Positions 1 to 13,384 of a stretch of DNA of 64,000 nt are shown here, one piece after another. The first letter of the stretch is position 1; each line of letters starts with the position of its first letter. Made by a program: the position numbers and the translations under genes. The notes under the pieces were generated by a model, which was given only the letters and a program-made list of their open reading frames with translations, was not told the DNA's origin and did not search any database. The stretch is from the NCBI GenBank assembly GCA_032718475.1, contig JAUCBJ010001930.1, positions 1-64,000 of the forward strand, written 5' to 3'. Source of the DNA: Nemertoderma westbladi. Its lineage: Eukaryota; Animalia; Xenacoelomorpha.

Positions 1-2758
1 AGAAGGCACTGATGTTGCCAAGGGAACGGTAGAGTGCTTGCAACGCGGTGGATTTCGGCTAACCAAATTCACTAGTATCTCCCGTAAGTTTCTGGAATCG
101 ATCCCGGTAGAAGACCGAGGTGTTAAAGATCTGGACCTCATCAAGGACGATCTTCCAGAAACCAAAACACTTGGCTTAAAATGGGACACGGAGAGAGATA
201 TCTTGTTTTTCCAGTTAAAACAGCGAGATAATCCAGTTAGAACTAAACGGATTTGTCTAAGTATCCTGAGCACTTATTTTGATCCATTGGGATATATTAG
301 CCCAGTTATATAGGTTTTTTCGGAGCTTAGTGCAACAAATGTGGCTTGAAAACCACTCGTGGGACGATCCACTTAAGGGAGAACTACTAAAGAAGTGGAT
401 GAAATGGGAAGATTCTTTACCATCCATCGAGAACTTTACGATTTCCCGTTCATATTTTGGTCACGTTCTCCCCACGTATTCCTATCAACTCCATGTATTT
501 GGAGACGCCAGCGATATGGGAATAGGTATAGTAGCCTACCTGAGGGTTGAAACTCCGGACGGAATTAAAGTTGCCTTGGTCGCCTCTAAGGCCCTAATAA
601 ACAACAAATTACGAGTTCCTCGAGCGGAGTTAAAGGCAGCTCTATACGCTACAGCCATCGGCCGGAATGTAACAGAACAGGTCGACTATCCACTGGAGAA
701 AACTGTCTATTGGACTGATGCTTTACTCATTCTGGAGTATATAACAAATGAAGTCTGTCAGTTTAGCGTCTTCGTTACCAACAGAGTAGCCATTATACTT
801 AGTCGCTCTAATGTAGATCAATGGAGACATTGCCCTGGGACGTTCAATCCAGCCGACATCGCCTCCAGAGGAGCAACTCGTCAAGAACTGATAGATACTC
901 CAGATTGGTTAGGCGGACCCGACTTCCTAAGTAAAGAAGAGGATGAATGGCCTCCTCATCTCACCACGGCAGTGATTAGACAAGCCAAGGGAGCGGAGAA
1001 AGTCAATCCTAAAACCCGGACAAGTAAATCAAAGTTATTTAAACCCGTGATAGATCTGTCTGTACTACACATTTCCGGGGACGACGCTGTGCATCTAAAC
1101 TCCCCCACCACAAATAAATCTGTTGTGGAAATTAGAGAAAGAGACTGGAAATCTGGAACACCAGACGTCTCGCAGGGACTCTCACCTCTCCTGCAGAGAG
1201 TGATAAAGCACTATAGCTCCTGGAACCGTCGTGTATTTGAAGCGATGCTTCCATCATCACTACTCCAGGACGAAGATCGCTAGTGATACCGCTCCACTGA
1301 CATCTGCGCAGGTCCATGCTATTAAAGATCTTCCCAAATACAAAGTGTCGGTTAGGTTTCTGAAGGAGAAGATCAGTTACCAGGAGCATGAAGAAACCAA
1401 TAAGCAGATACTGAGACTCCTGCAATGCTATGAAGATTCCGATAAGTATTTCCTGTTGTTGAGAAATCCACAGATGCGCTTAAGGGATCGTTTCTCTAGC
1501 ACAATTATAGATGGGTTAATACGTGTTGGAGGGAGACTAACTAATGCTCCATTGTCCTTTGACACTAAATTTCCCCTACTCATTAGAAATCTTGAAATAC
1601 AAATCAAGATGATTGTAGATGTTCACAGTAGGCTTTACCATGAACCAAGTTCTTAGGAACTGTATACCCTGTAGGAAAGCATTCAGTATGCCTTTAACAC
1701 AGCGAGAGACAGAATTACCTAAGGAACGAGTAAGCTTCTATGAACCACCCTTTACTAATACTGGTGTGGATTTATTTGGCCCTATTGAAGTATATCGTGC
1801 TAGAACTATAGTCAAGCGATGGTGTGTCATCTTTGTCTGTATGACTTGTAGAGCGATCCATCTAGATATGGTGAACGATCTATCTACCAACAGCTTTATA
1901 CTGAGTTTACACTGACAGATCGCTCGCTTTGGAACTAGCAACACGATGAGATCTGATAAGGGAACGAACTTCATTGGCGCCAATAATGAGATCAAGGCTT
2001 ACGTTAAAGATTGGAACCAAAGACAGGTGGATGATCAGCTAAGGGTAACAGCATCTAGCTGGACCTTCAACGCCGCCGACGCCCCTTGGTGGGGAGGAAG
2101 TTGGGAGAGATTAATAAGGAGCGTAAAGACCGCATTTATCTTTATAGTGCTTTGCCGCGCGTATCTTACCAACAAACTTTTGCGGACGTTAATGGAGGAA
2201 ATCGCCGCCTATCTTAACGAGAGACCGTTTATGCCAGTCTCATCGAGCCCCGACTCCCTAGAAGCGCTAACACCCGCGCATTTCCTACTGAAGAAACTGG
2301 TAGCCATGCTCCCAAAATCGGAAATCACGGATGAAGACGAATACACTTGGCAACTCATGCAGTTATTATCCCGTTGTTTTGCTGACCATTTCGAAAAACA
2401 TTATCTGCCTATGCTACAACTTCGAACCAAGTGGTTTGCGCAGCAAGAAAACGTCAGCGCCGGAGACATGGTTCTTATTGTGGAATCAGATCTTCCATGT
2501 AAGCGGTGGCAGACAGGTTGTATCATCGAGACTCATATATCCAATAATGGTTTAGTGCGATCAGTAGAACTTGTCGTCATGCGACGTAACTTTAAGAAAC
2601 CTGGAATTGTATTCGAAACACAGCAGCTCAATCGCCCAATTGGTCGTTTATGTTTACTGGAACGAGACAGAGAGCTATCCGGAAACTATGGAAGGCAAGA
2701 TACTCTTCCCACGACCACTTCCCTAATCCAACAAACATCTAGGAACTCCCCAACGTAA
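1..2758 (+). pseudogene. pol: BEL/Pao pol (end of RT, RNase H, integrase, C-terminal domain), frameshifted
   Basis: Motifs GGFRLTKF, LGLKWD, FDPLG; HVFGDAS, YWTDA, WRHCPGTFNPADIASRG; TGVDLFGP, RSDKGTNF, APWWGGSWERLIRSVK. Split over at least five ORFs. Confidence 0.93.
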
Positions 2759-4467
2759 CAACGCACGGAGTGGGTGTGTGACTATATTATTTTATATTTG
2801 TTTTTATTATTTTTATATTTATGTATGTATTATTATGTAATTTTATTATAATCGTTTTCTTTAATTTTATTTAGTAGAATGTTATTTAGCGATTATTCAG
2901 TAGATTAGTGCAATATATATATTCGTGTTTATTACTTAATTACTTACATTATATATTTAGTGCAACGGCGAGAAATAATTATTTTTCTCTTTCCTTACTG
3001 TCCGTATCATATTATAAATACGTGACTACAGTAAGATGAAATGTCCGTACTTATTAAAGTACAATAAAGCTCCTACTATACTCAAGTATTATTGGTAAGT
3101 AGAGTATTAGGAATGCAAAGTTCAGATCCTCGTGTCTCGGCTAAATCAAGCTCTGGGTAGACCTTGGAACCGACTTGCCTCTTCTCACTGACATTGCTTC
3201 TTGCAATATTGCTCTCATACCGTATATTAAATAATACATATAGTAGCGTGATGTCCCTTTAACAGTAGCGTGAAACGCAAAATAAATCTGTTAAACCCTT
3301 TGACCATCTGTAATACTATTCGATTAAGATATTGCGGCACCCACCGATATGCTTGAAAGACAAAATTCTAGAATCAGTGGTTAACGTCCCCAGACAAGTT
3401 CTGGAATTATTCGGTGCCCATCTTGAATATTAATTATTTAATATTTACAAAATCTGTTAAAACAAATGTTACAATAGCGTAAATGCTAAGAAATTAACTC
3501 TAGAAAATCTATAAATCAAAATCTGTTACAATTTAGATCCTCTAAAATTCTAGTCGATTAAGAAATCGCAGCACTTACCGATACTCTTAAAAGGACAAAT
3601 TTCCTAGAATTAAGGATCCTAATTCCCAGACATGCTCTGGAATAAAATTGTGTCTATTTTAATATTAAATAATAAAATTTACGGGAATAAATTTAAATTC
3701 ATATCCTCTCATGAATTTGATAAATTGTCATTTTATACAATTTATAACATTCCCAAAATTCCATTAATTAATAGATCATGGGAGCGGAGATTCACCCTAT
3801 TAAATATATTAGTGTGAGAGAATCTCCAATATATAGTCAATAGCCGATAAAATTCTTAAAATCATGTATAAAGGGGAATATTGGCAATTAAAGAATTACT
3901 ATTAAATAGCATCCCAGATCTGTATGCATGAGAATTACCCTAATTCTACTGCTAGCTTTCCATAATGTCACCATAGCAACAACCACGCTAGAATTAGAAA
4001 CGAGTTAAAAGAAAAATAGAAAGCTTGCCCATTGAATAGCATACGGAATAAATAGCACACTGCTAGTATCTAGAGATACATAATAATAACGTGGCATTCT
4101 GGAAGGCACTTGACTAACGAACAAATGGCCCGAATGTGTACAATTTGTGACAGTTGTGCGGAATTTGTGCATTTATAGGTGAATGTTACTACTAAAGTGT
4201 GTTTACAGTAGCGAGTCGCAGTTGTGAAAGTAGCCCTACCTCTGTAGCAAGAACCTGAAGTAAATCTAAGCCCTTGGGACGGACAGTGGAGTGACTCACG
4301 CTGGTTATTGTTGTCGTTGTGTAGCTACTACGTTGGCGAGAGGCACAGCGGCGACAGTACATCAGCGCTGAGGATCTTGCGCTGTCCGGGGGCATTGAGG
4401 GGTAGTCAGCGAAGACCGCTAGCCTAAATATAATTAATTATAATATAGATAAACTCATATAGCAGCT

Positions 4468-6189
4468 ATGACTGAGTTGATAGAAGATGATCTTGGTATC
4501 AGGGAGCGATATACCCTACCATTGCAAGCGTTTGTTGATAGTTTAATACGCGGCGACGCTAGTCAACCCACTACGGAGGACGATGGCCATTATATTGAAC
4601 CGCCAATGTTAAAGGAACAGCTCACGCTTGAATTGGACTATAGAAAATTCACCGCTTGCTATACGCATCGTAATGGTACGTATATGGACTTCTTAACTAC
4701 TGGTCATCCTATCGATTTACACGATATGGACGATGTAGACACCGAAAGGGAAATGGTTCTATTTAAATATCATACCCAGCGGAGTCGGAACGATAAACTG
4801 AGAATCGAACACGAAAATTCTATTCGAAACCAACTCGAAAGAGAAGACGTTGAAGAGCCGGATAAATGCAGTGACTTCAACGAATATCTGGAATTGTTGA
4901 GAGAAACATATCTCAATATAGCCGCCAGTCAACAAAATCTCGAAACTTTATATCCTCAAGGTATACATCATGACCTATGATAGAACTCAAACGACTCTAT
5001 TTCACTATGATGTATCTTACCGCCGATCGACCGCTACTTGTTGTAATGGATAGCTTCTAACAGATGGAGGAATATTGTAAAACTGGAGAAAGATCACCTG
5101 CGTTTCCCCTACAAGACGTGCATCTTTGGTATTATTGCGATGAATGCCCTAGACCCAACCAACAAACGGAAAGACATAAACATCCACGGAGACGTTGCAC
5201 TAAACACAGTTTTACTCGTTATACTTACGGGAGTTTCGAGCGAAACTTGTTCGACGTATCACCCACGCTCGCTCGACTCAAACGATCCTTAAATAAACCG
5301 ATGATCAGAGTTCCGGAATACTGGGTCAGACCTCCTCATTCCCTGGTGAGACCTCAGACTCTTGATCCTAATAGTATGACGGATCCTCCTGAACTGTACT
5401 CATTGTTCAAAGATCTAGTGTTACCCGAACAATTAGTCGGTGGCACTCCGGTTGTGGGCTCCCTAGATATTCGCCCATCCTACCTAGCCAGATTGGGACG
5501 CGGACATTTAATATCGCCGTTCAACCCATATAATCGTCCTAGATTAACCCCGATACAACCTGTCACCGAGGTGGAGGAGAGAGTTGTACGAAACGCGTTA
5601 GACACTATTCGACAAAAGATTGGAAAAGGAACCTACGATTGTTTAGAGAAATGTAAATTGCAGCAACAAGTCCAAGCGGTAAACGAATTAGCTTTATCTC
5701 AGTTCGATTGGGAAATCCAGAATCTCTAAGAAGATATCGAACTTGGACGATCCTGCTCTCTGAAAGAGTTTTGGACGAATGCTTCCAACAAGAAGCGGAG
5801 GAAAATCAGCTCGAGGAGAAGCATATCGATTCCGACAGAGCCCGAGAACGCGAGTTGGAAAGAACCATCAAACCGAGGAAATTTCTCACTACACACGGTC
5901 AACCTACCGCTCTCTCGTGCAAACGACCCATCAGGAACCAGTAAGAGCTGCTGTCTTGAAACGCGCTCTAAAGGTTGTTCGATCTCGTTCCACGGAGGTT
6001 GATATCAATCAACCGGGTACCTCGACCGGCGGATACACTGACCGTAATCCTAAACCTTCCGATGCAATTGTATTGCACCCTTTACCCCAGAGTTATAGCC
6101 CTCCTAGTAAAGTGGCTCGCCCCAAAGAGAAAAGGACTCTTGCTTGCCTCAAAAAACTGTGTAAACGCCGTTCACGTAAGAAAGACTAA
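4468..6189 (+). pseudogene. Extra ORF (ORF3) of BEL element A, unknown function, frameshifted
   Basis: ORF pieces 4468-4980, 5064-5729, 5708-5944 and 5779-6189. N- and C-terminal parts are homologous to 59499-60788. Very basic C-terminus ends about 70 nt before the PPT. Confidence 0.75.
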
Positions 6190-6267
6190 CTGTTTAGATT
6201 ATTTTTATATTTTAGAAACAGTGATTTTTTATATTTTATAGAATGAAATCCCATTTTCTGGGAGCGG

Positions 6268-7420
6268 TGTAAAAGCTTTTGCGGACATAACAAGTCATTT
6301 TGCCCGCAGTGTACCGTGTAGGTGCTTTTGCGGACATAACAAGTAATTTTGCCCGCAGTGTACCAGTAGGTGTTTTAGCGGACATAACAAGTCATTTTTG
6401 CCGCAATGCTCATAATACTCTAAAAGACTGGAGCTCAGATGACGAAATCTGTCAGCTGATTTACTGTCAACGTGGAACCTTTCTTTGTTCTAGCTCAGCC
6501 AATCAGAGCGATTTTCATTTTATGTTGGACAAGGGCTTAGGTAAAACCGCGCAATGCATTATGGTTTTTGTTTACTTTTTCTGAGACTCAGAACACCGGC
6601 TTAGAGTTCTTCTGTGCTTCTGTGGAAGTTTTAAACTTTGGCCAAACATTAGATGGCTTTGATTACAAGAACGTAAATCTATTATCGGCAACTTCATGGA
6701 CTGCAACGCATTACCGATCAATTCTGTTCACCGCACTATTTTACTTCTGTTTACTGTCTGTTATTAATTGCTGTATATTGATGGATATGTTGTTATATTT
6801 GGAGAATAACAATAAATAATCATAAAACCCCCAATCTTCTTGATTACTGAAGGTTAGAAGGACCGGTTACCTGTAGCAATTGCGACTTACATTATAGTGG
6901 TTTTTGTGTGAGTTAAATGCTATTTCATAATCCCTACATGTGTCAGTTGCTATCCTCCTTATATATGATCAAATTCAGTGACGGTCGGCAGATCAGTGTG
7001 AAGTAGTGTGAAGTCGTGTGAAGTAGTGTAACAGACAATAAAGCATCTCCTAAAGAATGCGCTATTTACGAAACTCAGTAGCCATCTCGTTGTGTTTAGT
7101 ATAAGTCATAACTCTGTTTTATATACTTAAAGCGCCACGTCCTAAATGAACTGTTAATATTTCCCCAAAAGTAAATAATATTGTCAGAGATTATATAGTA
7201 ACGATCAATCGAATAATACAGTAGGTCTGCACCGCAATAACATTCAAAGCACCCGAATCCAGTCTCCCTTAACAGTGGGTGAATGATTGCGCATAGACTG
7301 GCTTCGGCTAATGTAACTTCATGTGCACTAAATAATTGTTATAGGCTAAAGTTGATTTATAAAACAAGAGGACACCTAAAATTGGCAGGTTAAACTGCTA
7401 AAGGTCTGAAAGCGCGAACA
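6268..7420 (+). repeat. 3' LTR of BEL element A (1153 bp)
   Basis: Starts TGTAAAAGC after the PPT and ends AAAGCGCGAACA, matching the termini of the paired LTRs of element B. Contains a CCAAT box (GCCAATCAG about 6498) and three short GCGGACATAACAAGT repeats near the start. Confidence 0.9.
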
Positions 7421-8372
7421 TGGCGGTAGGTAGGTCTACAGTGTAGGTAGGCTTACTCGGTTACTCACACATTTATTTAACAAAAGCTTTGGTGGAGCAA
7501 GTGGCGTTCTTTTGGCGTTATGTAGGTCTACAGTGTAGGTAGGCTTACTCACACATTTATTTAACAAAAGCTTTGGTGGAGCAAGTGGGGTTCTTTTGGC
7601 GGTAGGTAGGTCTACAGTGTAGGTAGGCTTACTCACAAATTTATTTAACAAAAGCTTTGGTGGAGCAAGTGGGGTTCTTTTGGCGGTAGGTAGGTCTACA
7701 GTGCATACTGCATACACATTTATTTAAGAAAAGCTTTGGTGGAGCAAGTGGGGTTCTTTTGGCGGTAGGTAGGTCTACAGTGTAGGTAGGCTTACTCACA
7801 CATTTATTTAACAAAAGCTTTGGTGGAGCAAGGGGGTTCTTTTGACGGTAGGAAGGTCTACAGTGCATACTGCATACGCATTTATTTAACAAAAGCTTTG
7901 GTGGAGCAAGTGGGGGTCTTTTGGCGGTAGGTAGGTCTACAGTGTAGGTAGGCTTACTCACACATTTATTTAACAAAAGCTTTGGTGGAGCAAGGGGGTT
8001 CTTTTGGCGGTAGGTAGGTCTACAGTGCATACTGCATACACATTTATTTAACAAAAGCTTTGGTGGAGCAAGTGGGGGTCTTTTGGCGGTAGGTAGGTCT
8101 ACAGTGTAGGTAGGCTTACTCACACATTTATTTAACAAAAGCTTTGGTGGAGCAAGTGGGGTTCTTTTGGCGGTAGGTAGGTCTACAGTGCATACTGCAT
8201 ACACATTTATTTAACAAAAGCTTTGGTGGAGCAAGTGGGGGTCTTTTGGCGGTAGGTAGGTCTACAGTGTAGGTAGGCTTACTCACACATTTATTTAACA
8301 AAAGCTTTGGTGGAGCAAGGGGGGGTCTTTTGGTGGTAGGTAGGTCTACAGTGCATACTGCAAACACATTAA
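7421..8372. repeat. Tandem minisatellite of 84/79-bp units, about 11-12 copies
   Basis: Core ACACATTTATTTAACAAAAGCTTTGGTGGAGCAAG...GGTAGGTAGGTCTACAGTG followed by either TAGGTAGGCTTACTC or CATACTGCAT. Confidence 0.95.
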
Positions 8373-9461
8373 TTTAGTGAAATAAGTGGAATTTTGGGGG
8401 CAGGTGGAGCGGAGTAAACTAATTTATTTCGAAAAAGTTACTTTTATATTATTATTATTATCAACGTGTAATTTGATGCAATCTGTAGTTTGAACAGTGT
8501 ATCTTGACAGATAGGATACGGATGTGTGAGAGAAGTTGAGACGCAGAGATGTTACAGAAGTCAAATGTGCTAACAACCAAACTGAATCTTGATTTGCCCC
8601 AATCGTACTTATAGTCGAACGCAATTAGCAGGTTTTGGTTTACACTTTAACAGCAAAAGTTAGTTGTAAGTGTAATTAGAACTTCAGTGGTTTTACAAAC
8701 ACAGTGATTCTGCATTAAATATCAAACTTACATTGTCTCTTTCAACCAATTCGCTTGAGTTCCCATGGCTCTCTCCCAGACACTCCACAGCTAAAAGAGC
8801 TGCAAGAGTCAAAGTTAGAAGAGTTTCCTTGAACATTTTAGGGTTTACAAAATACATCATGCACTAAAATACACGTTCGTGAGGCCTTCGCGCAGCACGA
8901 GGCTTAGTTATGAGATACAGATTAATATTCTACTGTATCACAAACTCGGTATTAATTAAATTAACCAAACACAAGTAAATCAAAGAGAGCGCAATAACCC
9001 ACCTCTCTTCAACCTCTGCACCACCCGCACTCCAACCAACTCAAACGAGCACACAGGATTGAGGAAAGGCAGGTATTATCAGGGAATTTGAGTTTTAAAA
9101 GTTATATGTTACATTTATTTTTAATATTACACAATATACAACTGGAGCGATTCACAAATATGCAAACAGCACAAATTCCTACCAAAATTATTAAAGATCG
9201 CATATTATATAATTTATTTAACCAACAAAGAAATCAATAAACTCATGTTATTGGTAACATGATAAAACTCATGAAGTAATATATATTAAATATTTTAGGC
9301 GTGGCGGCGACCCAATTTGTAAGAAATATAAAACTTACCTTAGGAAGATAATATTGATACTGAAATATTAATTTTTCATGTCAACGCCACTATGAATTTA
9401 TTAAGCTAATTATTCTAAAGAATCACGATTAAATACTCAACCAATAATTTTGTAGGCCTAA

Positions 9462-9768
9462 AGGCCCGTTCACATCCAACAGAACGGTACACCGCGCGGT
9501 GTACCGCAGGGCCAGTGGTACACCGCTGACTGTGAACGACCCAACAGGTAGTTGTGCGCTAAACCACGCGGTTTACCGCAGCCCATTTAAACAATGTTAA
9601 AACAATTAATGTAATTTCCTGTTGAATTCACAGTCCACAGACAGACAATCAGTTACCGCAACGGTACCGTTGGGTGTGAACGGGCTCCGGGTCGTGTACC
9701 TCTGGCTTACCGCTTCAATACCGCTAGACTACTTTACCGCTCACGCACCGTTGGATGTGAATGAGGCT
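9462..9768. mobile_element. PIF/Harbinger-like MITE
   Basis: Imperfect 19-bp TIRs AGGCCCGTTCACATCCAAC / GTTGGATGTGAATGAGGCT flanked by TAA on both sides; an internal TIR-like copy lies at about 9668-9686. Confidence 0.75.
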
Positions 9769-11419
9769 TAAGGTAAACACAATAAGCAAGCTAAACCTTG
9801 CTTATTGTGTTTACCTAAAACCTTATTTTACCTTAATAGTCTGCCTCATTACATTGCTGCCAAATGAGTAGTGGTTAGTTCGTGGTTGGACTGGATCCCA
9901 GTTAGGCTATGCAATAGCAAGCATGTCTTGGAATAAGGAAGCTAGTGTAGAATGACGGCTGACGGGGTATTTTAATAATTTAATTACGTTCAAATAAATT
10001 AAAAAGACCTATTTATTAAAACTTAAATAATTAACAATTATAAATGAATGGGGTATGGGGATTACAGCTGTGTCGTTTTTAGGTATAATTACTTATATCT
10101 TATGCTATAAAATAATTAATTTCTGTTGAAAGTTATGTTGAAAATGATGTTTTTACCCTACCCAACTTAAGTAAGTATCTGCAATTATCTTAGCTTCTCG
10201 AAGGCCAACACAAACTCTCCTAAAAAGGTGCATTAGATACCAGCCGTTAAATCTGCGGATAGTGGTTTCGGTGAAATAGCATCATGATGCAAGAAGGTAA
10301 TATATCCTAAAGGCCAGATATATTCGAGGAAGAGGAAGTTCATGAAGGAACTAATGTACAAGCTACTCCGGTTGCGTTGTCGATGCGACACCGTAGGGAA
10401 GATGGATAACAGAGAATAATTAAAGCTCAGAAGATCGGTGAACAATTAAAGAAGATGATTAATATCGAGGAGAGAGGAGGACTTGAGTCGACAATCCGAG
10501 TTACTCGAGATACTGTATCGTTTTCCCGAAAAGCGCGAGGAGGGTTGGGACACATTTTAGCCAAACCAAAAGGGGCGCAGGTTCCTCGTGATCCTGAATT
10601 ACCGGCTTCTAGTGCGTTTCCGAATGTTCTACCAACGGTCGAACCGACTCGTCTTTTGCGATGGATCGGACGTGGTTTTGTCGGTTCAGCGATGAGGCGA
10701 ATTTGCGAAGAAATAGCTGCACCGCCTCCTAACGTTCGAGGTACAATAGTGGCTCGACCCGAGAGTCCAACCTCAGATCTAAATCGCCCATAAGTCGCTT
10801 TCGAGGACGCGGTAGAACTCGATCTAATAAGCGGTAAGATGAAGGATTATAGACGGACGGAAGACTCTCGAGCCTTCCTTATTGTTGTTTCATTTATGGA
10901 CATTGTTGTTCTCTATCGATGTTAACGTATTAGTTGAAGAGATTAGACCAGAAGGACGAACTCTATAGTCGTCAGGGGGGACACTTATTTAACCTTTATA
11001 TTTATAAACTCTTGTAAATAATTATTTGATATTATTTTGGTGAAGGTTATATTATAGAAAACTCTACTTTATGCAATTTCAATTATTTTGTATATTGTTC
11101 GTTGTTTGGAATTCTGAAGATTTATTTGTAAATATTGTATTACGTAAACTAATGTAAATTTAAATTTGGAAATTATATTTTGCCGTATGTATGATAGATA
11201 TACCGTACTGTTATGTACTATGGAAAGCAATTATTTGAATTTATGCATTATTAATATGCAATTAATTTATATTTGATAAATTTATATTTGGTGAATTTAT
11301 TTTGATGAATTTATTTACTAAATTGCAATATTAGATACATAACGTTGTGTATATTTAGAATTTATGTAGTAGATTTATTTAGTTTTATATGTACAAATGT
11401 TCCATAACTCTCCGTTGTA

Positions 11420-11704
11420 ATTAGTATAATAACTCTGTCTGATATTTAAAGCGCAGCATCTAAAGGAACTGTTGTTATTGCCCTGAAAGTAAACATAGTT
11501 TTTGGAGATTATATAGTAGAGATCAATCGAATAATACAAAGTAGCCTACATCATTCTCGGATATAGAATTCAGTCTCTCACACATAGTGGGTCATACGGC
11601 GCGCTAGACTGGCTTCCACTGTGGAAATATTTTGAGCGGCTGTCAGAAAACACAAAACACATAAATTAACAAGTTAACCTGTTAAAGGTCAAAAAGCGCG
11701 AACA
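11420..11704 (+). repeat. 3' part of an LTR from a third BEL-related family ('C'); element remnant probably extends back to about 10200
   Basis: Aligns with 7095-7420 and 50718-51067 and ends AAAGCGCGAACA. The upstream boundary is not defined. Confidence 0.7.
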
Positions 11705-13384
11705 CTACCTAACCAAGAACAAGCGGACCCACAATTGTGAGTGACCGTATAACGACATTCCAACAGCACACACTGAGGCTTCAAACTGATACAGACAGAA
11801 GTGCGGCCGTATGTGTGCGACACAAACTACTCATGGCAGAACCATTCGGGTTAGTGCGGTTTAGCTGCAATACATGCGGCGAGTGTTTTTCACGCGACAA
11901 ATGTATCCGCAATTGGGAGACATTGTAACTGTAATGTTTGTAAGAAACGTTTCTCAACTTCCGGTGATACAGTGAGACACGATCTTTCCCAGGTTGCATA
12001 ATAAACTAGTAACTTAAGTAGAGTATTGTAGTTAGTTGGATATTATGATAGTACTAGAGTATACATCTGCAATACAGCATGCCGATAGTACTGGTGAATT
12101 CAAATTGGGGTGGGGTCCAAGTTAATTCATTGAAAGGCGACACTATATTTCACAGCACTCTGGAATATCAGAGTAGATTACGACCGATTACGGACCCCGG
12201 CCATTCTATATCTCTGGTTATAATTTTGGTTTAATTGATTATTTTAAGTAAATAATTGTATGGCGCTGGAATTTAAACATTTACAATTTTCTTAGATTTG
12301 CAATATTTTTAGGAGCTCGCTTAAAGTAAGATTAAAATTATTTTGCAATTGATTACTGGATGTTTTACTGACATATCAATTCGATATAATCAATAATTTT
12401 CAGTTCTGCTTGAACTATTTATTAGATATTCAAAAAATTTACTTAACTATATTTACTTCGGGATCCCGCTCCAAAAATGTCGGGATCAGGGCCGGGATTG
12501 CAATTTTCGCCGGAATCTCGGTTTTTCTGGATCGGGATCCCGTTAGAATTTAAACGGGATGAGAATTTTTCGGGATCGCTATCGGAATTGCAAGTTTGAT
12601 TTTAATTTTTAATTTCACGAATTTTGCGATATTTTTATCACTTTATAACACACTGCCAAAATATTAGTAAGATAAAGTTATATTACAATTAATTTAGTTA
12701 GTCATAGTTCACAGATGGGATTTCGCAATCTTCAACGCACCGCTGTCAACACTGCAGTTATCCAGTGGTGCACGCACGCGCACAATAACAAAATTGAATA
12801 TTACCACCAAAAGGATTCAATCGTTGTGTAAAGCTTGAAAATTCATGTTGAAAGTCGTTGTTATTACTTTATTTACTCGGCAAAAATTCACCGAAAATAC
12901 TTCTAATATAGATGGATATTACGTTGTTAAAACGATGGCCGTTGGGGACCATCGTAACTACATTACATAGATAAATTGGTTCCATGATAGATAAATTGGC
13001 GCCAACTAATCTAGCGAGGTATTGTTAAACAACCTCTGTTACGATTTTCTACAGTGACGAGGCCACAAACCTTTCATTGTAAAGTTCCAGTATTCCCCGA
13101 ATCAAACTCACAGAGTTACCCATCGATGTTGGTCGGGATAGAGGCCCAAATGTTCTTAGTAGCTACCGGTGCATCTGTTACATCTATTGTATTTGGATCT
13201 AATTTAGGTACCCAATTATATTCCTACGTTCACTCCTGAGGCGCTCCACTCCCCAAAGCACTGTAGCTGCTGCATTCGGTATTACAGTCAGCCAAACCCA
13301 GAAAGTATTAAAGGCCCCAAAATGTTGAAGTTTGTGTCATTAAATTGAATTATAAATTAAAATAGAAGCTTGAAAATCTAATAA

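Larger units (their letters stand above)
1..7420 (+). mobile_element. BEL/Pao LTR retrotransposon 'A' (3' half; 5' part outside window), degraded
   Basis: Pao-type RT/RNase H/integrase motifs at 1-2758, a long spacer, an extra ORF, purine tract GGGAGCGG (6260-6267), then an LTR TGT...ACA. Colinear with the element at 49811-61863. Confidence 0.93.

Noticed and set aside
4468-6189. env gene
   Set aside because: No signal peptide or transmembrane segment seen; the C-terminus is basic.
7421-7438. TGGCG... as a primer-binding site after the LTR
   Set aside because: It is part of the minisatellite unit, and this LTR follows a PPT, so it is a 3' LTR.
7421-8372. Repeat-spacer array or protein-coding repeats (ORFs 7436-8367)
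   Set aside because: Only two alternating variants occur; the ORFs are by-products of the tandem repeat.
10455-10793. 112-aa ORF as a host gene
   Set aside because: No recognisable motif; it lies upstream of LTR C and is more likely a retroelement remnant.
13054-13239. 61-aa ORF identical in both duplicates (33356-33541)
   Set aside because: GTG start and no recognisable domain. It follows TTTTCTACAG so it could be an exon, but there is no further support.
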